Below are positions 8,165 through 16,173 of a DNA stretch of 64,000 nucleotides, one piece after another (within the stretch, counting starts at the first letter, position 1; each line of letters begins with the position of its first letter). A program made the position numbers and the translations under genes. This stretch comes from Myxococcota bacterium (lineage in GTDB: Bacteria > Myxococcota_A > UBA9160 > UBA6930), in NCBI GenBank assembly GCA_030065975.1, contig JASJCN010000009.1, positions 47-64,046 of the forward strand, given 5' to 3'. The notes below the pieces were generated by a model. That model was not told the origin of the DNA. It searched no databases and saw only the letters and a program-made list of their open reading frames with translations.

Positions 8165-9519
8165 GCGCCGCTCTCCGAGCCCACGCCCGCAAAGCGCTGT
8201 ACGGCTTCGTCGCGGCAGACGCCCTTCGGGCAGAAGACGGCTTTCAGCACCTCGGCCGAGACCTGGCTCGCCGTGAGCCAGTAGAGATCGCTCTGCACCA
8301 CCACGCTCGCGACGACGATGCGCGGCGCCTCGGCGGGAGCGGCACCGACGAACCACTCATAGCGCCCGTCGGGGTCGCGGCCCGAGAGACTCCCGGTCTT
8401 GCCGGCGACGCGGATGCCCTGGAGCAGCGGATGGCCGCGGCGCGTGCGGAACGCCTTGCGCGCGGTGCCGCGCCGGGTGGTCTCGGTCAGCATCTCGCGC
8501 AGCTCGCTGGTGAGCGAATCCGTGAGGACGCGCTCCTGTCGTTCGGCGCGAGGCAAAACCAGCGACCGCCCCGATGCGTCGGCGACCGCATCGAGCCAGC
8601 GGGGCTCGCGCAGGTATCCCGTGGCGATCACGCCACCGAGCTGGGCCGCGTGCAGCGGAGTGATCCAGGTGCCGTCGAGTCCGGAGCCGAGCTTCCCGAG
8701 GGCGAAGCGATCGCCGCGCGGTGCCTCGGCGTCTCCGGAGGCGTGCCCGCGGGTGGGGGGACGCAGGAATCCGAAGCGATCGATGGCGTCCAGCAGCGCC
8801 GGCTCGCCGATCCGATGCACCGCGAGCTGGGCGAAGCACTGGTTGTTCGACTGGGCCAGCGCGCGGCTCACGCTGATGCTGCGCCCGCTCCGCGGCGGAT
8901 CGACGCGTCGCGGAGAGAGGCGGTACGGATTTCCCACGTAGCGACAGGTCTCGTCGCCGATGCCGGGCTTGCGGTGCAGGGCGGCGGCCGCGGTCACCAC
9001 CTTGATGAGGGAGGCCGCGGGATAGCGGCGCGTGGGCGGAAAGCGCTCGGGATCGGTGGACACGTAGGCGAGCAGGCGACCCGACCACGGGTCCAGCACG
9101 ATCACGTGGCCGAGCTTCACGCGGCCGCGATCGAGCACCTTCCAGATCGCGGTGGTGAGATCGGGATCGAAGTGCGTCGAGAGCACCAGCGGACCCGGGA
9201 CGGCGGGATCCGGAGAGTCCACCGGGACGGCGCGCGGATCAATGCCGAGAGCCTCCCGGCCGGTGGGAACCGCCGCGAAGATCTCGTCGGGCACCATCGG
9301 CGGGGGCGCGGCCACGGGGGGCGGCACGGGTGCGACCGCGGGCGCCACGGCGGAGGGCGTGGGCTCATCGGAATCCGAGCCGCCCACGAGCGCTGCGGTT
9401 CCGCCCAAGAGGGCGAGGACGAAGAGCGCGATGGTGACGCGACCCCTCACGGTCATCCGGCGCCGCCGCGGAGCGGGCGGCGTCAAGGCGCCGTGCATCT
9501 TCCCCCGATAGATGGTCAC
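8161..9519 (-). CDS. Penicillin-binding protein, transpeptidase domain
   Basis: SxxK (ASLIKV), SxN (QSNN) and KTG (AGKTGS) motifs occur in order, with an N-terminal membrane anchor. A more likely start is the ATG at 9456 (MTVRGRVTIALFVLALL). Confidence 0.8.
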   Translation of the reverse strand: MTIYRGKMHGALTPPAPRRRRMTVRGRVTIALFVLALLGGTAALVGGSDSDEPTPSAVAPAVAPVPPPVAAPPPMVPDEIFAAVPTGREALGIDPRAVPVDSPDPAVPGPLVLSTHFDPDLTTAIWKVLDRGRVKLGHVIVLDPWSGRLLAYVSTDPERFPPTRRYPAASLIKVVTAAAALHRKPGIGDETCRYVGNPYRLSPRRVDPPRSGRSISVSRALAQSNNQCFAQLAVHRIGEPALLDAIDRFGFLRPPTRGHASGDAEAPRGDRFALGKLGSGLDGTWITPLHAAQLGGVIATGYLREPRWLDAVADASGRSLVLPRAERQERVLTDSLTSELREMLTETTRRGTARKAFRTRRGHPLLQGIRVAGKTGSLSGRDPDGRYEWFVGAAPAEAPRIVVASVVVQSDLYWLTASQVSAEVLKAVFCPKGVCRDEAVQRFAGVGSESGA

Positions 9520-9540
9520 GCGTCTCCAGCTCGCCCTGAT

Positions 9541-9638
9541 TTCACCGACCGGACTTCACCGACCGGACTTCACCGACCTGAGTTCACCGACCGGACTTCG
9601 CCGATCCGAGTTCACCGATCCGACTGCATCGACCGGAG
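9541..9638. repeat. Tandem repeat, 14-bp unit TTCACCGACCGGAC x7 (last copies degenerate)
   Basis: Read directly: units start at 9541, 9555, 9569, 9583, 9597, 9611 and 9625. Located between the nifU-like stop (9741) and the PBP gene start (9456-9519). Confidence 0.95.
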
Positions 9639-9740
9639 GCCGGCGACGGAATGTGAGCGACCGAACCGGGCTCGGAGTGAGGTGCCGGGTCGGGGGAGGC
9701 CCTGCACCGCGCTCGTGCGCACCCGGTCGCCCGCGAACCG

Positions 9741-10301
9741 CTAGACCGACACCACTTCCCGGACCTCGGGAACGGCCTCCTTCAATCGCGCCTCGACCGC
9801 CAGGCGCAGGGTGATCGAAGAGCTGGGGCAGCCCGCGCAGGCGCCGACCAGGCTCACGCGCACCTGTCCGTCCTCGAAGCCGACGAAGACGACGTCCCCG
9901 CCGTCCATCTCGACCGCGGGCCGGACCTCGCGCTCGAGCACCTCTCGGATGCGAGCGACCACGGAGTCCTCCGAGCCCGCCTCGACGTCGCCCTCGGCGT
10001 ACTCCGGGCCGAGCGCCGGCTCTCCGCTCGCGGCGAACTCCTTGATCGCCAGGACCACCTTGTCGGCGAGGTCCTGCCAGTCGAGGTCGGTGTCCTTCGT
10101 CACGGTCACGAAGTTGCCGGTGACGAAGACGCCGGTGACGCCGGGCACCGCGAACAGACGCTCGGCCAGGGGCGACACGGCGGCCGCGACCGGGGCGTCG
10201 AACTGGGCGGCGCGGCCGGGGGCCAGGGGCTGCGAGAGCACCCACTTCACGCTGTGCGGATTGGGGGTGCGCTCGGCATGCATGCGGAAATCGGGGTCCA
10301 C
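9741..10301 (-). CDS. NifU/Nfu-family iron-sulfur cluster scaffold protein (Nfu_N + NifU C-terminal domain)
   Basis: TPNPHSVKW...GVTGVFVTGNFVTVTK (Nfu_N-like) followed by VRPAVEMDGGDVVFVGFEDGQVRVSLVGACAGCPSSSITL (CxxC NifU domain). Confidence 0.85.
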   Translation of the reverse strand: MDPDFRMHAERTPNPHSVKWVLSQPLAPGRAAQFDAPVAAAVSPLAERLFAVPGVTGVFVTGNFVTVTKDTDLDWQDLADKVVLAIKEFAASGEPALGPEYAEGDVEAGSEDSVVARIREVLEREVRPAVEMDGGDVVFVGFEDGQVRVSLVGACAGCPSSSITLRLAVEARLKEAVPEVREVVSV

Positions 10302-10310
10302 GTCGGGAAC

Positions 10311-11078
10311 CTAGCCGTTGGATTCCGCTGCCGCGAAGAGCTGCTGCTCGAGGGTCTCGAGCGAGAGCAGCAGGTAGCCCTGCTCCCGCGCCTGCTCGTA
10401 CTCTCGCTCCCCGTTGTAGCCCCAGGTGGCGAGCCCGCAGCGCGCGCCCGTGGGCGCCACGTCCTCGAGGTGGTTCACCTTGTCGTCGACGAAGGTGATG
10501 TCCCGGGGCGGAATGCCCGATCGGCCCGCCAGGAGCCGGACATGGGCGCTCTTGTGCACGCCCGTCTCCTTGTCGAGGATGCTGCCCTCGCTGAAGAGCT
10601 CGGACACGCCATACGCCTCGACCAGCCTGCGCACGGAGCGGCGATCCTTGGCGGTGGCGATGGCCAGCTCGACGCGGGCGGAGAGGCGCTCGAGCAGGGC
10701 GGGGATCTCGGGGTAGGCGCCCATCTCGCGGAGCCACCCGTCGGGGTCGGCCTCGGACCACGCGGTGCGCTCCTGGTAGAAGCGCCGGTGGAAGGCGCGC
10801 AGGGCCTCCTCGGAGTAGCCGGCCCGGAAGGCGTCGTAGCCGGCCTGGTCCTCCACCCGCGCCCCGCGGCGCAGGATCTCGAGGGCCAGGAAGAAGTCCT
10901 CGGCCCGGTTGCCCAGCGGCATCAGCTCGAGGAAGCCTCGATACAGCGCGGCATCGCCCTCCCCTCCCCGGAGCTCGCGCGCGGGATCCAGCGCCAGGTG
11001 CGTGCGCACGGCGACCGCAAAGGCCTCGCGAGCGCTGTCGGAGATCACACCATCGAAGTCGAGCGCCAGCAGCTGCAC
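10311..11078 (-). CDS. HAD-superfamily hydrolase
   Basis: C-terminal 256 codons of the track ORF. LLALDFDGVISDS is HAD motif I (DxDG), and FVDDKVNHL is the motif IV region. GTG start at 11078, in frame. Confidence 0.8.
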   Translation of the reverse strand: MQLLALDFDGVISDSAREAFAVAVRTHLALDPARELRGGEGDAALYRGFLELMPLGNRAEDFFLALEILRRGARVEDQAGYDAFRAGYSEEALRAFHRRFYQERTAWSEADPDGWLREMGAYPEIPALLERLSARVELAIATAKDRRSVRRLVEAYGVSELFSEGSILDKETGVHKSAHVRLLAGRSGIPPRDITFVDDKVNHLEDVAPTGARCGLATWGYNGEREYEQAREQGYLLLSLETLEQQLFAAAESNG

Positions 11079-11151
11079 GGCCCCACTCGATAACGAACCG
11101 GGCGCGGGGGCGCCTCGCTCTGCCGCGGGAGGCGCCCTCGGCGCTCCGGCC

Positions 11152-11691
11152 CTAGCCGCCCTCGCGCTCGTGGGTGCGGTCGGTGCCCCGGTTGAGCACC
11201 TCGTGGGCGAAGGACTCGGACAGCAGCTGCACGATGTCCCGAACCGAGACCACGAAGACCGGGCGCTGGGCGGCATCCACGATCGGCACGTGGCGGAAGC
11301 CGCCGACGCTCATGAGCTCGAGCACCTCGGCGATGCTCTGGTCCTCGCGCAGGCACTCGGGATCTGCCGTCATGACGTCGCCCAGAGGCAGTGTCGCCGG
11401 GTTGCGCCCCCCGTCGACGATGCGCAGCAGGACGTCTCGCTCGGTGAAGATCCCGGCAATGGGCCCGCTGGACGAGCCGTCGCCGGTCACCACCACCACG
11501 CCGCGCTTCTCGGATTTCATGGCCCGCACGGCATCCGTGACGGATTCGTGTCGGGCCAGGATCAGGGGCTTGCGCGTGGGCAGCGCCGACACCGGGTCGC
11601 GTAGGCGACTGGCGGCGAAGACGCTCTCGCTCCCGCGCCCCTCGAAGTAGGCCTCGTCCTTGTAGTCTTCGAAGTCGTCTCGATCGGGCAT
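11152..11691 (-). CDS. CBS domain pair protein
   Basis: 179 aa from the ATG at 11691. There are two CBS repeats: SVTDAVRAMKSEKRGVVVVT...IFTERDVL and SIAEVLELMSVGGFRHVPIVD...VSVRDIV. Confidence 0.85.
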   Translation of the reverse strand: MPDRDDFEDYKDEAYFEGRGSESVFAASRLRDPVSALPTRKPLILARHESVTDAVRAMKSEKRGVVVVTGDGSSSGPIAGIFTERDVLLRIVDGGRNPATLPLGDVMTADPECLREDQSIAEVLELMSVGGFRHVPIVDAAQRPVFVVSVRDIVQLLSESFAHEVLNRGTDRTHEREGG

Positions 11692-11780
11692 GATGCGCGC
11701 TCCGTTCGAGACTATATCGCTCCTCGAAGCGGACGATATGTCCCTGAACGCCCCACTCGGCGCTGGCCCCCGCGGGGCCG

Positions 11781-12434
11781 TCAGCTGCTGCCGTTTCGGA
11801 TCACGACCTCGCGCGGCGGGATGCCGAGACCGGTGCCGATGCGAGCCAGGAGGCCCCGCACCTCGGGGGCGATCTCGTCCTCGCGCATCGCGCGCGCGAT
11901 GCTGCCGGGGTCCACGGCCCGGCCCGAGAGACGCGCGATCGGGCCGTTGCGGTGGAGGAGGCGCTTGGCGTCGAAGCGCGGCGCGCTGTCGCGATGACGG
12001 GCGCCCTCCACGGTGAGCAGCTCGTCGAGCTTGCGGGTGAGTCGGCGGTCGGTGATGCGGAGCGCCCGCCGGATCACGTCGGGCTCGAGCAGGTAGGCCT
12101 CGATGTGGCGCCGCTCCCAGACGTGGATCTCGAGGCCGACCTCCGCGCCGGGCGCCTCGATCGGCCCGGCCGAGACGTCGCGGTCCAGCACGCACAGGCC
12201 GCGCGCCGGGCGCCCGGCCGCGAGCTGCTCGTCGAGGTGGGACACGGCCCGTGCCGGCTGCCGCCCTCCGAGAATCACCAGGCGCTCGCCCAGGCGGCGA
12301 GCCAGCTCCCGGGAGAGCTGCCGGGCCCACCCGCGCAGGATGTCCCCGTCCCGGGGGCCCTCTACGTACACGAAGAACGGAGCCGCGGGACGCGCTCCCG
12401 CGGCCTCCTGGGCGTCGTACGAAGCAGTGGTCAC
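11781..12434 (-). CDS. Toprim-like DUF4435 (AriB/OLD-nuclease-like) protein, stand-alone
   Basis: FFVYVEGPRDGDIL (Toprim glutamate context), LCVLDRDVS (DxD) and WERRHIEAYLLEPDVI (IExYL-type motif) occur in the order seen in DUF4435 proteins. The start is assigned to GTG 12434, which has GGAGG just upstream. The N-terminal 66 codons of the track ORF look non-coding. Confidence 0.55.
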   Translation of the reverse strand: MTTASYDAQEAAGARPAAPFFVYVEGPRDGDILRGWARQLSRELARRLGERLVILGGRQPARAVSHLDEQLAAGRPARGLCVLDRDVSAGPIEAPGAEVGLEIHVWERRHIEAYLLEPDVIRRALRITDRRLTRKLDELLTVEGARHRDSAPRFDAKRLLHRNGPIARLSGRAVDPGSIARAMREDEIAPEVRGLLARIGTGLGIPPREVVIRNGSS

Positions 12435-12730
12435 GGCCCCTCCGAGAGCAACGTCGGGTGTCGGATCTGCTGAGAGGACAGCTTCGGGGGCGACCGACCG
12501 CGAGACCCCGGGAACGACCCGGATCCTCGAGGCGGCAGCCCAATCATCGTCCGAAATCCCCCGGCTCACAAGCGCTCTGCCGGAGTCGGTGGAGTCGCTG
12601 GAGCCGCGAGCAGAGCGCCGGGAACGGCACACCCCGCCTCGTCTGTTCCGAGGCCCGGGGATGCCTTAGCATCGCGGCGGGAACAGAGGATCGCGTCGTC
12701 TTGGGCTGGATCGGATCGCGTGGAAGCCAG

Positions 12731-12797
12731 GGTGGGTTCGAGCCGGGTGCCTTCGAGCCGCGTGCCTTCGAGCCTGGTGCCTTCGAGCCGGGTTCGG
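12731..12797. repeat. Tandem repeat, 15-bp unit GGTGCCTTCGAGCCG, about 4.5 copies
   Basis: Units start at 12731, 12746, 12761 and 12776, with a partial unit at 12791. The array ends 13 nt before the response-regulator ATG, and the RBS GGAGG at 12801 follows directly. Confidence 0.95.
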
Positions 12798-12810
12798 CGC
12801 GGAGGCCCGA

Positions 12811-13452
12811 ATGATCCGCGCCGTGATCGCCGACGACCACGGCATCGTTCGCGAGGGCCTGCGCAGGGTGCTCGAGGCCGAGGCCGACATCCAGGTCCTC
12901 GGCGAGGCGGCGGACGGCAACGAGGCCTTCCAGCTGATCGAGGACGAGGAGCCCGACGTGGCGATCCTCGACATCAGCATGCCCCGACTGGGCGGCCTCG
13001 ACACCCTCGAGCGGATGCGACGGCGCTTTCCCCGGGTTCGCGTGATCCTGCTCTCGGTCCACGGCGAGTCGTCGTTCATCCAGAACGCCGTGAACCTGGG
13101 TGCCGACGGCTACATCCTCAAGAACGGCCGGGCGGACGACATCGTCTCCGCCGTGCGCGCCGTGGTGAACGGGGGCAGCTACTTCAGCCCGCCGGTCGCT
13201 CGGGAGATCGTGCAGCAGATCCGCTCGCCAAGGACCGAGAGCGACGAGCCCTTCTCCACCCTGTCGCGACGCGAACGCGAGGTGCTCGGGTGGATCGCGG
13301 AGGGGCACTCGGCCAAGGAGGTCGGAAACGAGCTCGGCATCAGCCCGAAGACCGTCGAGGCCCACCGAACGCGCATCATGCGCAAGCTCGGCGCGCGCAA
13401 GGCGACCGAGCTGGTGCGCTACGCGGTGCGCCACGGGCTGATCGAGCCCTAG
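12811..13452 (+). CDS. NarL/FixJ-family two-component response regulator (REC + LuxR HTH)
   Basis: IADDH...DVAILDISMP (phospho-acceptor Asp)...YILK receiver domain, then LSRREREVLGWIAEGHSAKEVGNELGISPKTVEAHRTRIMRKLG. No histidine kinase is adjacent. Confidence 0.92.
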   Translation: MIRAVIADDHGIVREGLRRVLEAEADIQVLGEAADGNEAFQLIEDEEPDVAILDISMPRLGGLDTLERMRRRFPRVRVILLSVHGESSFIQNAVNLGADGYILKNGRADDIVSAVRAVVNGGSYFSPPVAREIVQQIRSPRTESDEPFSTLSRREREVLGWIAEGHSAKEVGNELGISPKTVEAHRTRIMRKLGARKATELVRYAVRHGLIEP

Positions 13453-14624
13453 TCGGCGCCGCGTTCCAGGACCGCGACCGCCTCGAGGTGAGGCGTCTGC
13501 GGGAAGAGGTCGAAGCCCGTCGTGTCGGTGAGCCGGTAGCCGCCGGGCACCAGGGCTCGCAGGTCGCGCGCCAGCGTGGCCGGGTCGCACGACACGTAGA
13601 CGATGCGCTGGGCCCGGAGCTCGAGGACGCGTTCGGGAATCCCCTTGGGAAGGCCGCTACGCGGGGGGTCGAGCACCAGGGTGTCGACGCGCTGCAAGGG
13701 GCTGCGCCGCAGCCAGTGCTCGACGCGGTCGCGGATGGAGCGCACGTTGCGGATGCCGGCCGCCCTGCAGTTGGCGCGCAGGTCGGCGATGGCGCCCGCG
13801 TGGGACTCGACCGCCTCGACGATCTCGTGGCGGAGCGCGAGGCCGAGGGTCAGGAAGCCGGCCCCGCTGTAGAGCTCGAGCAGGCGCCGTCCCTCGCCCG
13901 CCATCGCGATCGCGTGCTCGCCGAGGGGGCCGCGCAGCGTCAGGTGCGACTGGGCGAAGACACCCGGGGAGAGGCGCAGCACGTGGGGCGTGCCGGGGGC
14001 CTGCAAGTCGATCGTCGGGCCGCCGCGAATCGAGAGATCGTGGCGGCGCGTCTGCCCGTCGTCGCCCAGCGCGATCTCCCACTCGCCGGGTCGTGCGCCC
14101 TGCTCGGCGAGCTTCCGGCGCTCCTCCTCGAGTGCCGGAGCGAGGACCGGGCAGCTCGGCGTCGCGCAGGGCTCGTTCGAGCGCTGCTTGCGGAAGCCCA
14201 CCGCGCGGCCGTCACTCAGCAGGCGGGCCCGCGCGCGGTAGCCGTACGGCGTGGGCGAGGGCACGAAGCCGGGCTCGGAGTCGAGCTCGAGCTTCCCGAT
14301 GCGCACCAGCGCGTCGCGCAGGCTCGCGCGCTTGGCGGCCGCCTGGGCTTCGTACGAGAGGTGCTGCCAGGTACATCCGCCGCACTCGTCGAACACGGAG
14401 CACGCGGGCTCGGTGCGCCCCGGGCCCGGTTCGAGCAGCGCGACCACGCTCGCGCGCTGGAACGACTTCTTCGACTCGGTGATGGCCGCGCGCACGCGGT
14501 CGCCGGGCGCCGTGCCCGGCACGAACACCACGCGACCGTCGGCCCCCCGAGCGATGCCGTCGCCCTCGTTGGTGAGCCGGTCGATCACGAGCTCGACCTC
14601 TGCCTGCGCCGCCGTGGGCTGCAC
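13449..14624 (-). CDS. 23S rRNA (uracil-5-)-methyltransferase RlmD/RumA family (TRAM + Fe-S Cys cluster + SAM MTase)
   Basis: TRAM-like N-terminus (GDGIARGADGRVVFVPGTAPGDRV), a Cys cluster (CSVFDECGGCTWQH), and MTase motifs LELYSGAGFLTL, DPPRSG and YVSCDPATLARD. GTG at 14624 is preceded by GGAGGctaac. The alternative ATG at 14684 would overlap the divergent gene. Confidence 0.85.
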   Translation of the reverse strand: MQPTAAQAEVELVIDRLTNEGDGIARGADGRVVFVPGTAPGDRVRAAITESKKSFQRASVVALLEPGPGRTEPACSVFDECGGCTWQHLSYEAQAAAKRASLRDALVRIGKLELDSEPGFVPSPTPYGYRARARLLSDGRAVGFRKQRSNEPCATPSCPVLAPALEEERRKLAEQGARPGEWEIALGDDGQTRRHDLSIRGGPTIDLQAPGTPHVLRLSPGVFAQSHLTLRGPLGEHAIAMAGEGRRLLELYSGAGFLTLGLALRHEIVEAVESHAGAIADLRANCRAAGIRNVRSIRDRVEHWLRRSPLQRVDTLVLDPPRSGLPKGIPERVLELRAQRIVYVSCDPATLARDLRALVPGGYRLTDTTGFDLFPQTPHLEAVAVLERGAD

Positions 14625-14682
14625 GTTAGCCTCCGGTCCCGGGCGGACCCGGGCCCCCGAGGATAGGAACCCGAAGCCCTCC

Positions 14683-15705
14683 ATGCGCTCCTCCGTCCGA
14701 TCGATCCTGGCCGCGATCTCGGCCGCGGCGCTGGCCGCGATCCTGGTCTGGAACGCACGCGATGTCGAGGTCGCGCCTCCGGCCGACCCGAGCCTCTCGC
14801 TGCTGGCGGTCGGCGACGCCGGACAGCCGCCGGAGAAGGATCCGGACCGGATCCAGCTGCGGGTCGGCGAAGCCATGGCGGCCGAAGACCGGCGGGAGGC
14901 GGCCGACGCCGTGCTGCTGCTCGGAGACAACTTCTACCCGAAGGGGCTTCGGACCGAGGAGATGCTCCCGCGCCTGCGCGAGAACCTGGTGCGGCCCTAC
15001 TGCCACTTCCTCACGCTCGACGGACCGCGTTCGGACGAGGTGGCGGATGCCTGCCCCACACCGCTCGAAGAGCGCCACCCGCTTCCGCTCCACGCGGTGC
15101 TCGGCAACCACGACTATCAGAGCGACGAGAGCCCGGGGCTCCAGCGCCAGGTGGTGCCCGAGCTCGTTCCCCGCTTCCGCGTCCCGCCCACCTTCACCGA
15201 CGAGATCCGCTTCGAGCCCGACGTGAGCGTGGTGCTGATCGACTCGCAGAAGCTCTTCCACAAGCCCGAGGAGCGGATCCGCTTCCTCACCGAGGCACTG
15301 CGTGCGTCGCGCGGGCCGCTGCGCATCGTCGCGTCCCATCACCCTCCCCGGGTGCTCGACCCCGACGGCGAGGATGCGGAGTGGACGAAGCGGGCCGAGC
15401 CGTGGATCGAGCGGGCGATCGAGGAGGCGGGCGTCCCGGTGCACCTCTGGCTCGCCGGGCACGAGCACAGCCTGCAGATCGTCGAAGGCTACGAAGGCGG
15501 GCCCGAGCTCCTGGTGATCAGCGGTGCGGGCTCGGACCCGAGGAGCGTACGCAGCCACGAAGGAGTCCGCTTCGCGGAGTCGGTGCCGGGCTTCGTCCGC
15601 GTGGATCGCGTCGACGGCGACTCGGGCTCCGAGCTGGTCGTGACCCTCTTCGCCGCGGAGACCGCTGGGCCGCGCGCGCTGGCCCAGGCGCGCGTCGTCC
15701 CCTAG
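14683..15705 (+). CDS. Calcineurin-like metallophosphoesterase with N-terminal membrane anchor
   Basis: LLAVGDAG...LLLGDNFY...VLGNHDY...LAGHEHS metallophosphoesterase motifs. ATG at 14683 is in frame within the longer track ORF. Confidence 0.8.
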   Translation: MRSSVRSILAAISAAALAAILVWNARDVEVAPPADPSLSLLAVGDAGQPPEKDPDRIQLRVGEAMAAEDRREAADAVLLLGDNFYPKGLRTEEMLPRLRENLVRPYCHFLTLDGPRSDEVADACPTPLEERHPLPLHAVLGNHDYQSDESPGLQRQVVPELVPRFRVPPTFTDEIRFEPDVSVVLIDSQKLFHKPEERIRFLTEALRASRGPLRIVASHHPPRVLDPDGEDAEWTKRAEPWIERAIEEAGVPVHLWLAGHEHSLQIVEGYEGGPELLVISGAGSDPRSVRSHEGVRFAESVPGFVRVDRVDGDSGSELVVTLFAAETAGPRALAQARVVP

Positions 15706-15714
15706 TGACTCGCC

Positions 15715-16173
15715 ATGCGCATCCGGGTGGCAGAGCCTTCGGAGGCCCAGGCGATCTCGGCGCTGGCCGTCCGCTCGAAGGCCCACTGGGACTACACCCC
15801 GGAGCAGATGGCGGTCTTCTCCGAGGAGCTCCGCGTGCTGCCCGAGCAGGTCGCGGAGCGGCACGCCCACGTCGCCGAGGACGGCGGACTCCTGGGCTTC
15901 TACACCCTGCTGCCCCTCGAGGACGGACGCGTGGAGCTCGAGCATCTCTTCGTCGAGCCCGCGGCGCTGGGATGCGGCCTCGGTCGGGCCCTGTTCGAGC
16001 ACGCCTGCGCCTGCGCGGCACGGCTGGGCTTTCGTGAGCTCTTCATCCAGAGCGACCCGAACGCCGCCGGCTTCTACACGGCACTCGGCGCGCGCGCGTT
16101 GCGCGAGATCCCCTCGAGCATCCCGGGCCGCTCCATCCCGACCTACGCGTTCCCGCTCGAGCCTTTGCCGTGA
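15715..16173 (+). CDS. GNAT family N-acetyltransferase
   Basis: 152 aa. LEHLFVEPAALGCGLGRALFEHACACAARLGFRELFIQSDPNAAGFY is the GNAT acetyl-CoA binding motif A region. Confidence 0.85.
   Translation: MRIRVAEPSEAQAISALAVRSKAHWDYTPEQMAVFSEELRVLPEQVAERHAHVAEDGGLLGFYTLLPLEDGRVELEHLFVEPAALGCGLGRALFEHACACAARLGFRELFIQSDPNAAGFYTALGARALREIPSSIPGRSIPTYAFPLEPLP

Noticed and set aside
9541-9638. Could the tandem arrays (here and at 12731, 22657, 55775 and others) be CRISPR arrays?
   Set aside because: The units are 6-15 bp and directly abutting, with no unique spacers. There are no cas genes in the window, and each array has a different unit. They are simple tandem repeats.
11152-13452. Complete PARIS (AriA+AriB) or OLD/Gabija-type defence system around the Toprim/DUF4435 gene
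   Set aside because: No ABC/AAA ATPase gene is adjacent. The neighbours are a CBS-pair protein and a response regulator. Only the orphan Toprim-like gene can be claimed.
14625-14930. Longer N-terminus for the RlmD-like methyltransferase (ATG at 14684, or the track start at 14930)
   Set aside because: The extension would overlap the divergent metallophosphoesterase start and is Ser/Ala/Arg-rich. The GTG at 14624 has a GGAGG at ideal spacing, and the TRAM domain begins right after it.
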